Source: Bacilli bacterium (GTDB taxonomy: Bacteria; Bacillota_I; Bacilli_A; RF39; UBA660). Taken from it: a stretch of 64,000 bases of DNA. The notes below the pieces were generated by a model that saw only the letters and a list, made by a program, of their open reading frames with translations, did no database searches and was not told the DNA's origin. The position numbers and the translations under genes were made by a program. Positions within the stretch are counted from its first letter, which is position 1; each line of letters begins with the position of its first letter. Where the stretch lies: contig JAZQBG010000003.1 in assembly GCA_045545595.1 (NCBI GenBank), positions 91,462 through 155,461 of the forward strand, written 5' to 3'. Below are positions 39,754 through 49,593 of the stretch, piece after piece.

Positions 39754-40194
39754 TTATTTGATATTATTTTCTATTTTTTCATTATTTACATATTTATATG
39801 GTAATGAATTATCTTTACTAATAACTGTTTTACCAAGTTTAGTTTTTAGGTCATTTCGAGCAACCTTAGCAACATCTCCACCAATTTGAGCCATTTTCTT
39901 ATTTTGATCTAATACATCTGTACTATAATATTTTCCATCTGATGATTTTAACTTCAGTTGTCCGATTTTTTCGGACAACTGACTTCCTTCTTTTTTTAAG
40001 TCAGTTTTCAGATCATGCCAATATTTTCTTGTTCTTTTGCTATCAGTTAAAGCTCCAATAACATCAACTACACTATAATAATATTCTTCTTTTTCAATAT
40101 CCCAAATACTTCTAATTTCATTACCTTCAAAAAGGCTTGTAATTGTATTTAGTTTATCGATTTGTAAATTATTTGTTTTTGTCATTTTTATCAC
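39754..40194 (-). CDS. Bro-N domain protein (phage antirepressor-like N-terminal domain)
   Basis: 'LFEGNEIRSIWDIEKEEYYYSVVDVIGALTDS' matches the Bro-N/KilA-N-like core. Confidence 0.5.
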   Translation of the reverse strand: MIKMTKTNNLQIDKLNTITSLFEGNEIRSIWDIEKEEYYYSVVDVIGALTDSKRTRKYWHDLKTDLKKEGSQLSEKIGQLKLKSSDGKYYSTDVLDQNKKMAQIGGDVAKVARNDLKTKLGKTVISKDNSLPYKYVNNEKIENNIK

Positions 40195-40271
40195 CTAATA
40201 ATTATATAGATAAAAAATGACTAAAAGACTTCTTTTCAAACAAAAAAGAATAATAAACTTAATTATTATTC

Positions 40272-43200
40272 TTAAAATAAACTTAATTGATTTGATTCAT
40301 CCATATTATCTAGAATACCCATTAATTTCATCTTAGCGATAGTTGTAGAAGAAATCTTAGCTCTAACTTGTAAATCTTCAATACTTAAGAAAGGTCTAAT
40401 GTTTCTTTCTTCTATGATTTTCTTCGCAACAGTATCCCCTAGTCCATCTATTGTTCTAAATGGAGGAATTAAAGTTTTTCTATCTTCATCTATAATGAAC
40501 TTGTCAGAATCAGATTTATTTAAATCTATTGGTCCAAACTTAAATCCACGAGCAGTCATTTCAAGAGCCATTTCAAGTTCACCAAGTATTGATGTTTCTT
40601 TATTAGTTGCTTCATATCCTTTATTATTTATTTCAAATATTTTATTTTTGATAGCTTCATATCCTTCTATCATCGTTTCGATATCATAATCTGAACTTCT
40701 TACACTAAAATATGTTGAATAATATTCAATTGGGTAATAAATCTTAAACCATGCAACTCTATACCCCATCATAACATATGCAGTGGCGTGTGCTTTAGGG
40801 AACATGTATTTAATTTTTCTACAAGTTTCAATATACCATTCATCAATTCCTTTTTCTCGCATTAGTTTGGCATATACATCCCATTGTTCTTTATCTTTAC
40901 TAGCCTTACCTTTACGAACAAATTCCATGATTTTGAACGCGTCAATTGGTTCTAATCCATGATACATTAAATAAACCATTATATCGTCACGACATCCTAT
41001 AACATCCTTAAATTCGCATACTTTATTAGTAATTAAATCTTTAGCATTACCAAGCCATACATTAGTACCGTGTGATAAACCAGATATTTTTACTAATTCT
41101 GCGAAAGTTTTAGGTTTTGTATCTTTAAGCATTTCTATAACAAATTTAGTACCAAATTCAGGCACACCTAAAGTTCCTGTTTCACACATTATTTGTTCAG
41201 GTTTAACACCTAATATTTTAGGTGATGAGAAAATGCTTAATACATTAGGATCATCAAAAGGAATATCTTCTAATTTTATACCAGTAATATCACTTAACAT
41301 TCTTAAAGCTGTTGGATCGTCGTGTCCAAGTATATCAAGTTTTAAGACATTATCATGAATTGCATGGAAGTCAAAGTGTGTTGTATACCATCTAGAATTT
41401 GCATCATCAGCAGGATATTGAAACGGACTAAAATCATATATATCCATGTAATTAGGCACAACAATAATTCCACCTGGGTGTTGTCCGGTTGTTCTTTTAA
41501 CACCTACACACCCTTTAGCAAGTCTTTCAGTTTCAGCTGGTGACATTTCAATATTGTTATATTCACAATAGCCTTTAACAAATCCATAAGCAGTTCTGTC
41601 AGCAACTGTACCAATTGTACCGGCTCTAAATACATTATGTTCACCAAACATAACTTTAGTAAAATCATGTGCTTGCCATTGATATTCACCTGAAAAGTTA
41701 AGGTCTATATCAGGAACTTTATCAGCATTGAAGCCTAGGAAGGTTGCGAAAGGCATATCTTGACCCTCTTTTTTCATTTTAGTTCCACAATCACATGTTC
41801 TATCAGGTAAGTCATATCCACTAAAATATTTAGAACCTAAACTAACTCCATTTTCTTCAAATATACTTTTCTTACAATTTGGACAAACATAGTGTGCAGG
41901 TAATGGATTAACTTCTGTAATACCCATCATAGTAGCAACAAAACTACTACCAACACTACCCCTACTACCAACAATATAACCATCATCATTAGATTTCTTA
42001 ACTAATTTTTGAGCAATCAAGTAGATAACATCAAATCCACCACCAATAATACCTTGTAATTCTTTTTCAATTCTCTCTTCTATTATCTGTGGTAAAGGAT
42101 CACCATACACTTCTTTAGCTTTAGTATAAACCATATTTTTAACTTCACTATCACTATTGTCCATCTTAGGAGTATATAGTTTATCTTTAATTATTTGAAC
42201 TTCTTCAATCATATCAGCTATTTTATTAGTATTAGTTACTACTATCTCTTTTCTTATTACCGAATCGATAAAGTAAAAACTATCTAACATTTCTTTAGTT
42301 GTCATCATATGAAATGATGGTATATTTTTGATTACACTTGGTTTATATAATGGATGAAATCCTCCTATACCAGGAGTTTTTTGATTTATAATAACTTCTC
42401 TGTATATTTTATCTTCTGGATCAAGATGATGAACGTCACCTGTCGCGACAACTAACTTACCTTTATCACGTGCGACACGAATTATCTTTTTAACATTTTC
42501 TTCTAGTTCAACTGTATTTGAAAAATCTCCAGTTTGAACTAAATGGTCATACACACTTAATGGTTGAACTTCTATGTAATCATAAAATGCCATAAGGTTT
42601 GCAAGTTCTTCGTCACTTTTACTCTTTGCTTGTATAAATATTTCACCATTAGAACAAGCACTACCTATAAGTAATCCTTCTCTATGTTTTTCTATTTCAC
42701 TTCTTAAAATTCTAGGATTTTTATATAAGTATTTAGTATTTGCAAGTGAAACTAATTTAAATAAGTTTCTTAAGCCTTCTTGATTTTTTACTAATATATT
42801 TACATGATATACTGTACCAAATTTATGAATATCATCACTTTCTACTATTGTTTTGATATCACTTATTTTTTCAATATTACGGTCTTCTAACCTTTTTAAC
42901 ATCTTATGAAGAATAAGCGCAGTAGCTTCAGCATCGTAATCTGCTCTATGGTGATTATCTTCATCAAATGGTATATCGTATCTTTTAACTAGAGCGGATA
43001 AACTATGTCTATTGTAATTACTATCCATTACACGAGACAGTTCCAAAGTATCTATTACTGTATTTGTAAATTCACCAAATCCATATTTTTGATATGCGGC
43101 TTCTAAAAATGACATATCAAATTTTGCATTATGCGCAACCATTGGTAAATCTCCAGTCCACTCAATAAATCTTCTTATCGCATTTTCTTCATTATCTTTA

Positions 43201-44354
43201 TCCTTAAGCATTTCATCAGTAATACCAGTTAATTCTGTGATTTTATTTAATAGTGGCTTACCAGGATTAATTAACTCATCAAATCTATCGATTATTTCAC
43301 CATTGCAAATTTTAACCGCACCAACTTCAATTATAGAATCAGTCCCACCTGCATTAAAACCAGTAGTTTCAAAGTCAAATACAACATATGTGGTATCTAG
43401 AAGTTTATTATCGCTTTCTCTAAATACCATGTCGACATTATCATCTATTAAATTTAATTCTACACCGTAGATTACTTTTATACCTTTGGCATTATTATAA
43501 CTTTCAGGGAACGCTTGTACAGCATTATGGTCTGTAATCGCAATAGCTTTATGACCCCATTCCTTAGCTCTATTTATAAGCTTAGTAGGACTCACCAATC
43601 CATCCATTTGACTCATAAATGTATGTGTATGTAATTCCACTCTTTTTTCTTCTGCATCATCTACTCTAACAACATCTTTAGATTCAATATTCATAATTGA
43701 TCTAATGTTTAGAACCAAACTTTTAGCGTAATTATCATTTTTAGTATATCCTTCTAACCTATACCAATTACCTTCTTTAAGTTTAGATTTCATATCATTA
43801 AATTCATCTGCATTATTAAAAAACACTTTACAATAAATACTGTTAGTATAATCTGTTACTTTCAAAGTTATGATTTTGAAATCACTTTTGCTAGATTCAA
43901 ATAAATCTATTCCAAAAAGTTTACCTTCTATAATAACATTGTTTAACTCTGTATCAACATTATCAAGTCTGTTTACTTTACCAAAGATTTCTTCTCCATA
44001 TAAAACATCAGAATTTCTGTTATTATCTACTTTTGTTTCAGTTTCATCTTTTGGCAACTCAATTTTTTGAATTTCTTCTTTCTTAGGTTCTTCTTTTTTA
44101 TTGTTTAAAACAGACTCATCTTTTAAATAATACTCTACCTTTATGTCATTAATATTACTAAACTTATTTTTCATTAAGTCTATAATTTCATTAGTTATGT
44201 TTTGTTCAATACTTTCTTTTACTTCAATTAAAATTCTATAGGTTTTAGTTTCTTTATTAACAAATATTTTCTTTATATTTGCACCATTAAACATTTCTAT
44301 TTTATCTTTTTCTAATCCTATTGAATTTAATATTTCTGATAATTTATTTTGCAT
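40272..44354 (-). CDS. polC: DNA polymerase III PolC-type (Gram-positive replicative polymerase)
   Basis: 1360 aa with OB domain, PHP domain ('HTHTFMSQMDG'), 3'-5' exonuclease ('VVFDFETTG...') and polymerase core. Confidence 0.95.
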   Translation of the reverse strand: MQNKLSEILNSIGLEKDKIEMFNGANIKKIFVNKETKTYRILIEVKESIEQNITNEIIDLMKNKFSNINDIKVEYYLKDESVLNNKKEEPKKEEIQKIELPKDETETKVDNNRNSDVLYGEEIFGKVNRLDNVDTELNNVIIEGKLFGIDLFESSKSDFKIITLKVTDYTNSIYCKVFFNNADEFNDMKSKLKEGNWYRLEGYTKNDNYAKSLVLNIRSIMNIESKDVVRVDDAEEKRVELHTHTFMSQMDGLVSPTKLINRAKEWGHKAIAITDHNAVQAFPESYNNAKGIKVIYGVELNLIDDNVDMVFRESDNKLLDTTYVVFDFETTGFNAGGTDSIIEVGAVKICNGEIIDRFDELINPGKPLLNKITELTGITDEMLKDKDNEENAIRRFIEWTGDLPMVAHNAKFDMSFLEAAYQKYGFGEFTNTVIDTLELSRVMDSNYNRHSLSALVKRYDIPFDEDNHHRADYDAEATALILHKMLKRLEDRNIEKISDIKTIVESDDIHKFGTVYHVNILVKNQEGLRNLFKLVSLANTKYLYKNPRILRSEIEKHREGLLIGSACSNGEIFIQAKSKSDEELANLMAFYDYIEVQPLSVYDHLVQTGDFSNTVELEENVKKIIRVARDKGKLVVATGDVHHLDPEDKIYREVIINQKTPGIGGFHPLYKPSVIKNIPSFHMMTTKEMLDSFYFIDSVIRKEIVVTNTNKIADMIEEVQIIKDKLYTPKMDNSDSEVKNMVYTKAKEVYGDPLPQIIEERIEKELQGIIGGGFDVIYLIAQKLVKKSNDDGYIVGSRGSVGSSFVATMMGITEVNPLPAHYVCPNCKKSIFEENGVSLGSKYFSGYDLPDRTCDCGTKMKKEGQDMPFATFLGFNADKVPDIDLNFSGEYQWQAHDFTKVMFGEHNVFRAGTIGTVADRTAYGFVKGYCEYNNIEMSPAETERLAKGCVGVKRTTGQHPGGIIVVPNYMDIYDFSPFQYPADDANSRWYTTHFDFHAIHDNVLKLDILGHDDPTALRMLSDITGIKLEDIPFDDPNVLSIFSSPKILGVKPEQIMCETGTLGVPEFGTKFVIEMLKDTKPKTFAELVKISGLSHGTNVWLGNAKDLITNKVCEFKDVIGCRDDIMVYLMYHGLEPIDAFKIMEFVRKGKASKDKEQWDVYAKLMREKGIDEWYIETCRKIKYMFPKAHATAYVMMGYRVAWFKIYYPIEYYSTYFSVRSSDYDIETMIEGYEAIKNKIFEINNKGYEATNKETSILGELEMALEMTARGFKFGPIDLNKSDSDKFIIDEDRKTLIPPFRTIDGLGDTVAKKIIEERNIRPFLSIEDLQVRAKISSTTIAKMKLMGILDNMDESNQLSLF

Positions 44355-44401
44355 ACTAACACCTTCTACCCACTAATAAAATTATATCAAAAAAAAGATA
44401 C

Positions 44402-44914
44402 CTATTGAACAAAATTTGGTATCTTTTTCATTGTTTTATTTATTTTTTTTCTAGTTCCAAAAGAATTCGCATATCCAATTGCGCTAGTTAAATATTTATT
44501 ATTTTTGTTTTGTTCTTTAACATCATCAGATAATACTAAAGCATAGCTAAGTTCTAATTCATTATCTGAAGAAAATATAGAATCTAAATTAGATACAAAT
44601 AAACCATTTATAATGTAATCATTTAATACTTCTTTAGAATCTAATTTGTTTTTTAAATTAGTCATTACCTGATTGATTTGTGTATTTGTAGTTCCTAGTA
44701 AATTTTGTTCTACTAGATTTAACATATACATTTTGGAAATTTGTTTTCTATATTGTTCTATTACTTGTTGCAGACTTTCTTTCATATTGTTATATAAAGT
44801 CTCATCATTTTTTTCTTTTAATAGCCAATATAGATATAAATTCTTTTCATCTAATTTTTCAGTCATACTGACCAGTTCAGACACGTCAGAGTCAGTAATA
44901 TTTATTATTGTCAT
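44402..44914 (-). CDS. hypothetical protein
   Basis: 170 aa, no recognisable motif. Confidence 0.4.
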   Translation of the reverse strand: MTIINITDSDVSELVSMTEKLDEKNLYLYWLLKEKNDETLYNNMKESLQQVIEQYRKQISKMYMLNLVEQNLLGTTNTQINQVMTNLKNKLDSKEVLNDYIINGLFVSNLDSIFSSDNELELSYALVLSDDVKEQNKNNKYLTSAIGYANSFGTRKKINKTMKKIPNFVQ

Positions 44915-44926
44915 TTTTTCATCCCT

Positions 44927-46333
44927 TTATATTTGTTCAATTTTCATAAAATTTGTATGTCTAATTTGTTTATTAGGGAAACCACCAGTAATTATGATAG
45001 TATCACCTTTAGTTAATAAACATGTTTCTTTGGATACTTCGATTGCATTATTTACTATATCATCAGTATTAGAAAAATTTGGCACCAATACTGGATATAT
45101 TCCATAATTTAAAACTAAAGAACGAACAGTTTTTTCATTTTGTGATGTAGCTATTATCATACAATTTGGTCTATATTTACTAATTGCACGAGCTGTATAA
45201 CCACTTGTAGTGCAAGCTACTATGTTTTTGCACTCTAATTTTAATGATGCATCTACTACGCTACTTGCGATTACTTTAGTAACTGAATGTTCATCATCAT
45301 AAAGTTTTAATTTTTCTTTTTTTAATCTTTGTTCTGTTTCTTCTGCTATTTTGGACATTATACTAACTGCTTCTACAGGGAAACTTCCAGATGCAGTTTC
45401 ACCACTTAACATTATTGCATCTGTTCCTTCTATAATTGCGTTTGAAACATCACTTACTTCTGCTCTAGTAGGTCTTGGTGAAAATTCCATAGAAGCTAAC
45501 ATTTCAGTAGCAACTATACATATTTTTCCACATTCGTTAGCGACTTGTACTAAGTTCTTTTGAATTGATGGTAATTGTTCCATAGGAACTTCAACACCCA
45601 AATCTCCACGAGCCACCATAATACCATCACTAACTCTTAAAATTTCTTTAACATTGTCAACAGCCATTTGGTTTTCTATTTTAGATATTAATTGAATATG
45701 ACCGTTATTATGTTCTTTTAAAATTTCTCTTACTCCTAATACATCTTCTTTACCTGAAACAAAAGACAAAGCTATAAAGTCTACATCATTTTTAATTGCA
45801 AAATTAATATCTTCTCTATCTTTTTCTGATAAGAATGGTATTGAAAGTTTTATTCCAGGTAAATTTACACTTCTCTTGTTTTTAATCGTTCCAGTATTTT
45901 CTACTACACATTTTACATCATTTTTACTAATTTCAATAACAGATAATTTAACTAATCCATTATTTAACAGTATTGTACTTCCCTTTTTTAAATCTTTGGT
46001 AAGATTAGGATATCTGATAGTAAATTTATTTTCATCACCTAATATTTCTTCACTAGTAACGTAAACAATGCTATCTTTAGTTAAAGTTACTTCACCATTC
46101 CTAAAATCACCTGTTCTAAGTTCAGGACCTTTTGTATCTATAAGTATCCCAATATGAGAAGTTAGTTCTTCACTCACATTTCTCACAGTATTAATTCTAT
46201 TAATACACTCTTCATAATATGCATGACTCATATTAATGCGAATACAATTTAAACCATTTTGTACCATTTGTTTTAATATTTCATACTTTTCACTTGCAGG
46301 ACCAACTGTTCCTATAATTTTCGTTTTTTTCAT
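44927..46333 (-). CDS. pyk: pyruvate kinase
   Basis: 468 aa with 'KIICTVGP'-type N-terminus and 'MVARGDLGVE' signature. Confidence 0.9.
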   Translation of the reverse strand: MKKTKIIGTVGPASEKYEILKQMVQNGLNCIRINMSHAYYEECINRINTVRNVSEELTSHIGILIDTKGPELRTGDFRNGEVTLTKDSIVYVTSEEILGDENKFTIRYPNLTKDLKKGSTILLNNGLVKLSVIEISKNDVKCVVENTGTIKNKRSVNLPGIKLSIPFLSEKDREDINFAIKNDVDFIALSFVSGKEDVLGVREILKEHNNGHIQLISKIENQMAVDNVKEILRVSDGIMVARGDLGVEVPMEQLPSIQKNLVQVANECGKICIVATEMLASMEFSPRPTRAEVSDVSNAIIEGTDAIMLSGETASGSFPVEAVSIMSKIAEETEQRLKKEKLKLYDDEHSVTKVIASSVVDASLKLECKNIVACTTSGYTARAISKYRPNCMIIATSQNEKTVRSLVLNYGIYPVLVPNFSNTDDIVNNAIEVSKETCLLTKGDTIIITGGFPNKQIRHTNFMKIEQI

Positions 46334-46398
46334 AATACATCTCCCCTTTTTAAAGCAGCTTTCTGATTATACAATAAAAAAAAGGTTTTGTCCACCTT

Positions 46399-47343
46399 TT
46401 ATAGCATATTTTTCTTTTTTAGAATATAAGCAACAAATAGAGCAAAAATCAATGATATTATTATTATCACTAAGAATGAAAACTCACTACTAGCAAAAAA
46501 TCCTAGTGGGACATTCATTCCCATAAAACTCGCGACCATTGTAGGAATAGATATTACAATTGTAAATGCGGCCAATATTTTCATTACCATATTTAAATTG
46601 TTTGAAATAATTGTACCAAAAGCATCTATTGTACTGTTTAATAGTCCATTATATATTTCTGCCATTTCTATTGCTTGTTGATATTCTATTATTGTATTTT
46701 CTAATAATGTTTTATCGTCATCATATAGTGTAATTATATTTTTTTGAGTAATTCTATCCAATACTATTTGATTACCCTTTAATGAGGTTTTAAAGTAAAC
46801 TAGTGTTTTTCTAAGATTCATAAGATTTAATAAGTCCTTATTTTGTGTTGATTTTTGCATTAAATCTTCTGCTTTATTTATTTCCTCATTAATTTGTTTT
46901 AGGTCTTTAATATATGTAAGTGCGATTTTATACATTATTTGAAACGTAAATCTACTTTTTTTATCAGTAAAAAATTCTGGTACTTCTCCTTTAATAAAAT
47001 CATCCAATATATTATTTTTCTTAGTACATATTGTTACAATATACTCATTTCTTACTTGCATTATTACCAAAGGATTAGTAATATTAATAGAATAATTTTT
47101 TCTTCTTACTTCTGTAGGTATATCAACAATTATCGTTTGAATATCATCTTTAACATCAATTCTAGATTGTTCCTCATCATCAAGTATTTTTATTAAATAT
47201 TTTTCATCTATGTTTAATTTTTTTGATAATTCTGTTATTTCATCATTTGTAGGATTTGTTACATTAATCCATGAATTAGTTTCTAGATTCTCTATTTCAT
47301 TAATTTCAGTATTAACTTCATCATTTTTATAAATTTTTATCAT
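46399..47343 (-). CDS. corA: CorA-family magnesium/cobalt transporter
   Basis: 314 aa with a C-terminal 'FMGMNVPL' GMN motif followed by 2 TM segments. Confidence 0.85.
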   Translation of the reverse strand: MIKIYKNDEVNTEINEIENLETNSWINVTNPTNDEITELSKKLNIDEKYLIKILDDEEQSRIDVKDDIQTIIVDIPTEVRRKNYSINITNPLVIMQVRNEYIVTICTKKNNILDDFIKGEVPEFFTDKKSRFTFQIMYKIALTYIKDLKQINEEINKAEDLMQKSTQNKDLLNLMNLRKTLVYFKTSLKGNQIVLDRITQKNIITLYDDDKTLLENTIIEYQQAIEMAEIYNGLLNSTIDAFGTIISNNLNMVMKILAAFTIVISIPTMVASFMGMNVPLGFFASSEFSFLVIIIISLIFALFVAYILKKKNML

Positions 47344-47491
47344 ACTATCACCATGATAATTATATTATAAACAAAAAAATAGAGCAAGTATTGCCCTATT
47401 AAATTACATAATATTACCTATCACAACTACCTGTCAAGAAAAGTTTTCCACAGACTTGCATTTTTGTAAAGTTAGTGTTAAGATATAGAAG

Positions 47492-47698
47492 AAAGCGATG
47501 ATGAAAGACTAGTAACTGTAATCAATGTTATATAGAGAACTAGTGGTTGGTGAAAACTAGTAATATATTACTGTGAATCTACTTTCTAGGCAATAGTTAA
47601 TAGCTATCGGATAAGTCCGTTATAATTATTAGAGTAAATCTAAGGATGGTACCGTGAATTAATTCACTCCTTTTTGGGAGTGAATTTTTATTTTAGAA
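47492..47698 (+). ncRNA. T-box riboswitch leader, serine (UCU specifier) upstream of DUF1653-serS
   Basis: Promoter TTGCAT-17-TAAGAT. AGAGA bulge at 47534. 'GAAUCUA' specifier at 47576-47582. T-box sequence 'AGGATGGTACCGTG' at 47643-47656. Terminator AATTCACTCCtttttGGGAGTGAATT plus U-run. Confidence 0.7.
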
Positions 47699-47710
47699 AG
47701 GAAAATTTAT

Positions 47711-47935
47711 ATGATTGAAGCAGGACAAAAATATAGACATTTTAAAGGCAATATTATTACAATTTTAAATATTGCAAAACATTCGGAAAACTTAGAGGAA
47801 CTAGTTATATATGAACATGATAATAGTGTTTGGGCTAGACCGCTCTCCATGTTTATGGATAAAGAAGATATTAGTAATAGAAATGATAATGTTACTGGTC
47901 AAAAATATAGATTTGAACTTATAGAGGAGGAATAA
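47711..47935 (+). CDS. DUF1653-like small protein
   Basis: 74 aa 'YRHFKGNIITILNIAKHSENLEELVIYE...WARPLSMF', co-operonic with serS. Confidence 0.55.
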   Translation: MIEAGQKYRHFKGNIITILNIAKHSENLEELVIYEHDNSVWARPLSMFMDKEDISNRNDNVTGQKYRFELIEEE

Positions 47936-47936
47936 T

Positions 47937-49223
47937 ATGTTAGATATTAATTTAGTAAGAAATAACCCAGAATTAGTAAAAGAAAATATTAGAAAGAAAT
48001 TTCAAGATCAAAAAGTTGAATTGGTTGATAAAGTTTTAGAGTTAGACTTAGAATATAGAAGTATTAAGACTAGTTTAGATGAATTAAGGGCTAAAAGAAA
48101 CAGTATTTCAGCTGAAATTGGAGTATGTATGAGAAATGGTCAAAAAGAAGAAGCTGAAGCTAAAAAAGAAGAAGTTACCCTACTTTTAAATGAAATTAAA
48201 TCATTAGAAAAACAAGAGGAAACATTAGGAGCTGATGTTAAAAGAATTATGATGGTTTTACCTAATATTATAGATGATTCAGTTCCTATTGGTAAAGATG
48301 ATAGCGAAAACGTTGAAATTGAACGTTTCCTTGAACCGAAAGTTCCAAACTTTGAAGTACCATATCATGTTGATATTTTAGAAAGTGTGGATGGAATAGA
48401 TTTAGATAGTGCTAGAAAAACTAGTGGAAATGGATTCTACTATTTAACTGGTGATATTGCAAGACTTCATTCAGCAGTTTTAACTTATGCAAGAGATTTT
48501 ATGATTGATAAAGGTTTTACTTATGTAATTCCACCATTCATGATTAGAAGTAATGTTGTTAATGGTGTTATGAGTTTTGATGAAATGGAAAATATGATGT
48601 ATAAAATTGAAGGTGAAGATTTATACTTAATTGGTACTAGTGAGCATTCTATGATTGGTAGATATATTGATACTATTTTAGATGAAAAGAAATTACCTAT
48701 CACACTTACAAGTTATTCACCATGTTTTAGAAAAGAAAAAGGTGCTCATGGTATTGAAGAACGTGGAATTTATAGAATACATCAATTCGAAAAACAAGAA
48801 ATGATTGTTATTTGTAATCCAGAAGAATCTATGGATTGGTATAATAAAATGCTTAGCTATACTGTAGAATTATTTACTAGTATGGAAGTTCCTGTTAGAA
48901 CATTAGAATGTTGTAGTGGTGACTTAGCAGATTTAAAAGTTAAAAGTTGTGATGTAGAGGCGTGGAGTCCAAGACAAAAGAAATATTTTGAAGTTGGATC
49001 TTGCTCTACTTTAGGTGATGCACAAGCTAGAAGACTTGGCATTAGAGTTAATGGTGAAAATGGTAAATATTATGCTCATACATTAAACAATACAGTTGTT
49101 GCACCACCTCGTATGTTAATTTCAATTTTAGAAAATCATTTAAATGAAGATGGTAGTATAAATATACCTAAAGTTTTACAACCATATATGGGTGGTAAAG
49201 AAAGAATAGAAGTTAAAAAATAA
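47937..49223 (+). CDS. serS: seryl-tRNA synthetase
   Basis: 428 aa with an N-terminal coiled-coil arm and class II core motifs ('FRKEKGAHGIEERGIYRIHQFEK'). Confidence 0.95.
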   Translation: MLDINLVRNNPELVKENIRKKFQDQKVELVDKVLELDLEYRSIKTSLDELRAKRNSISAEIGVCMRNGQKEEAEAKKEEVTLLLNEIKSLEKQEETLGADVKRIMMVLPNIIDDSVPIGKDDSENVEIERFLEPKVPNFEVPYHVDILESVDGIDLDSARKTSGNGFYYLTGDIARLHSAVLTYARDFMIDKGFTYVIPPFMIRSNVVNGVMSFDEMENMMYKIEGEDLYLIGTSEHSMIGRYIDTILDEKKLPITLTSYSPCFRKEKGAHGIEERGIYRIHQFEKQEMIVICNPEESMDWYNKMLSYTVELFTSMEVPVRTLECCSGDLADLKVKSCDVEAWSPRQKKYFEVGSCSTLGDAQARRLGIRVNGENGKYYAHTLNNTVVAPPRMLISILENHLNEDGSINIPKVLQPYMGGKERIEVKK

Positions 49224-49310
49224 AAGTGGAAATTTTCCACTTTTTTAATTTTCATAAATTCGATATAAAAGAATATGATTAATTGTAAATAATTTTAAGG
49301 AGGAAAAATA

Positions 49311-49571
49311 ATGGGAACATTAAAAGTTAGTTCTAAATCAAATCCAAATTCAGTAGCAGGTGCTCTAGCAAATGTTTTTAGAGATAAAGGTGAAGTTGAA
49401 ATTCAAGCAATAGGTGCTGGTGCATTAAATCAAGCAATTAAGGCAATTGCGATAGCTAGAGGATTTGTTGCACCCAGTGGTAAAAATTTAGTTTGTATTC
49501 CTGCTTTTACAGATATTGTAATTGATGGTGAGGAGCGAACTGCTATAAAACTTATTGTAGAAGCAAAATAA
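49311..49571 (+). CDS. spoVS: stage V sporulation protein S
   Basis: 86 aa 'MGTLKVSSKSNPNSVAGALANV...QAIGAGALNQAIKAIAIARGF'. Confidence 0.9.
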   Translation: MGTLKVSSKSNPNSVAGALANVFRDKGEVEIQAIGAGALNQAIKAIAIARGFVAPSGKNLVCIPAFTDIVIDGEERTAIKLIVEAK

Positions 49572-49593
49572 AAAGTGGAATTTCACCACTTTT

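Noticed and set aside
40272-44354. PolC appearing short (1360 aa versus about 1430-1460)
   Set aside because: All catalytic domains are present. The N-terminal domain is variable among Firmicutes, so this is not evidence of truncation.
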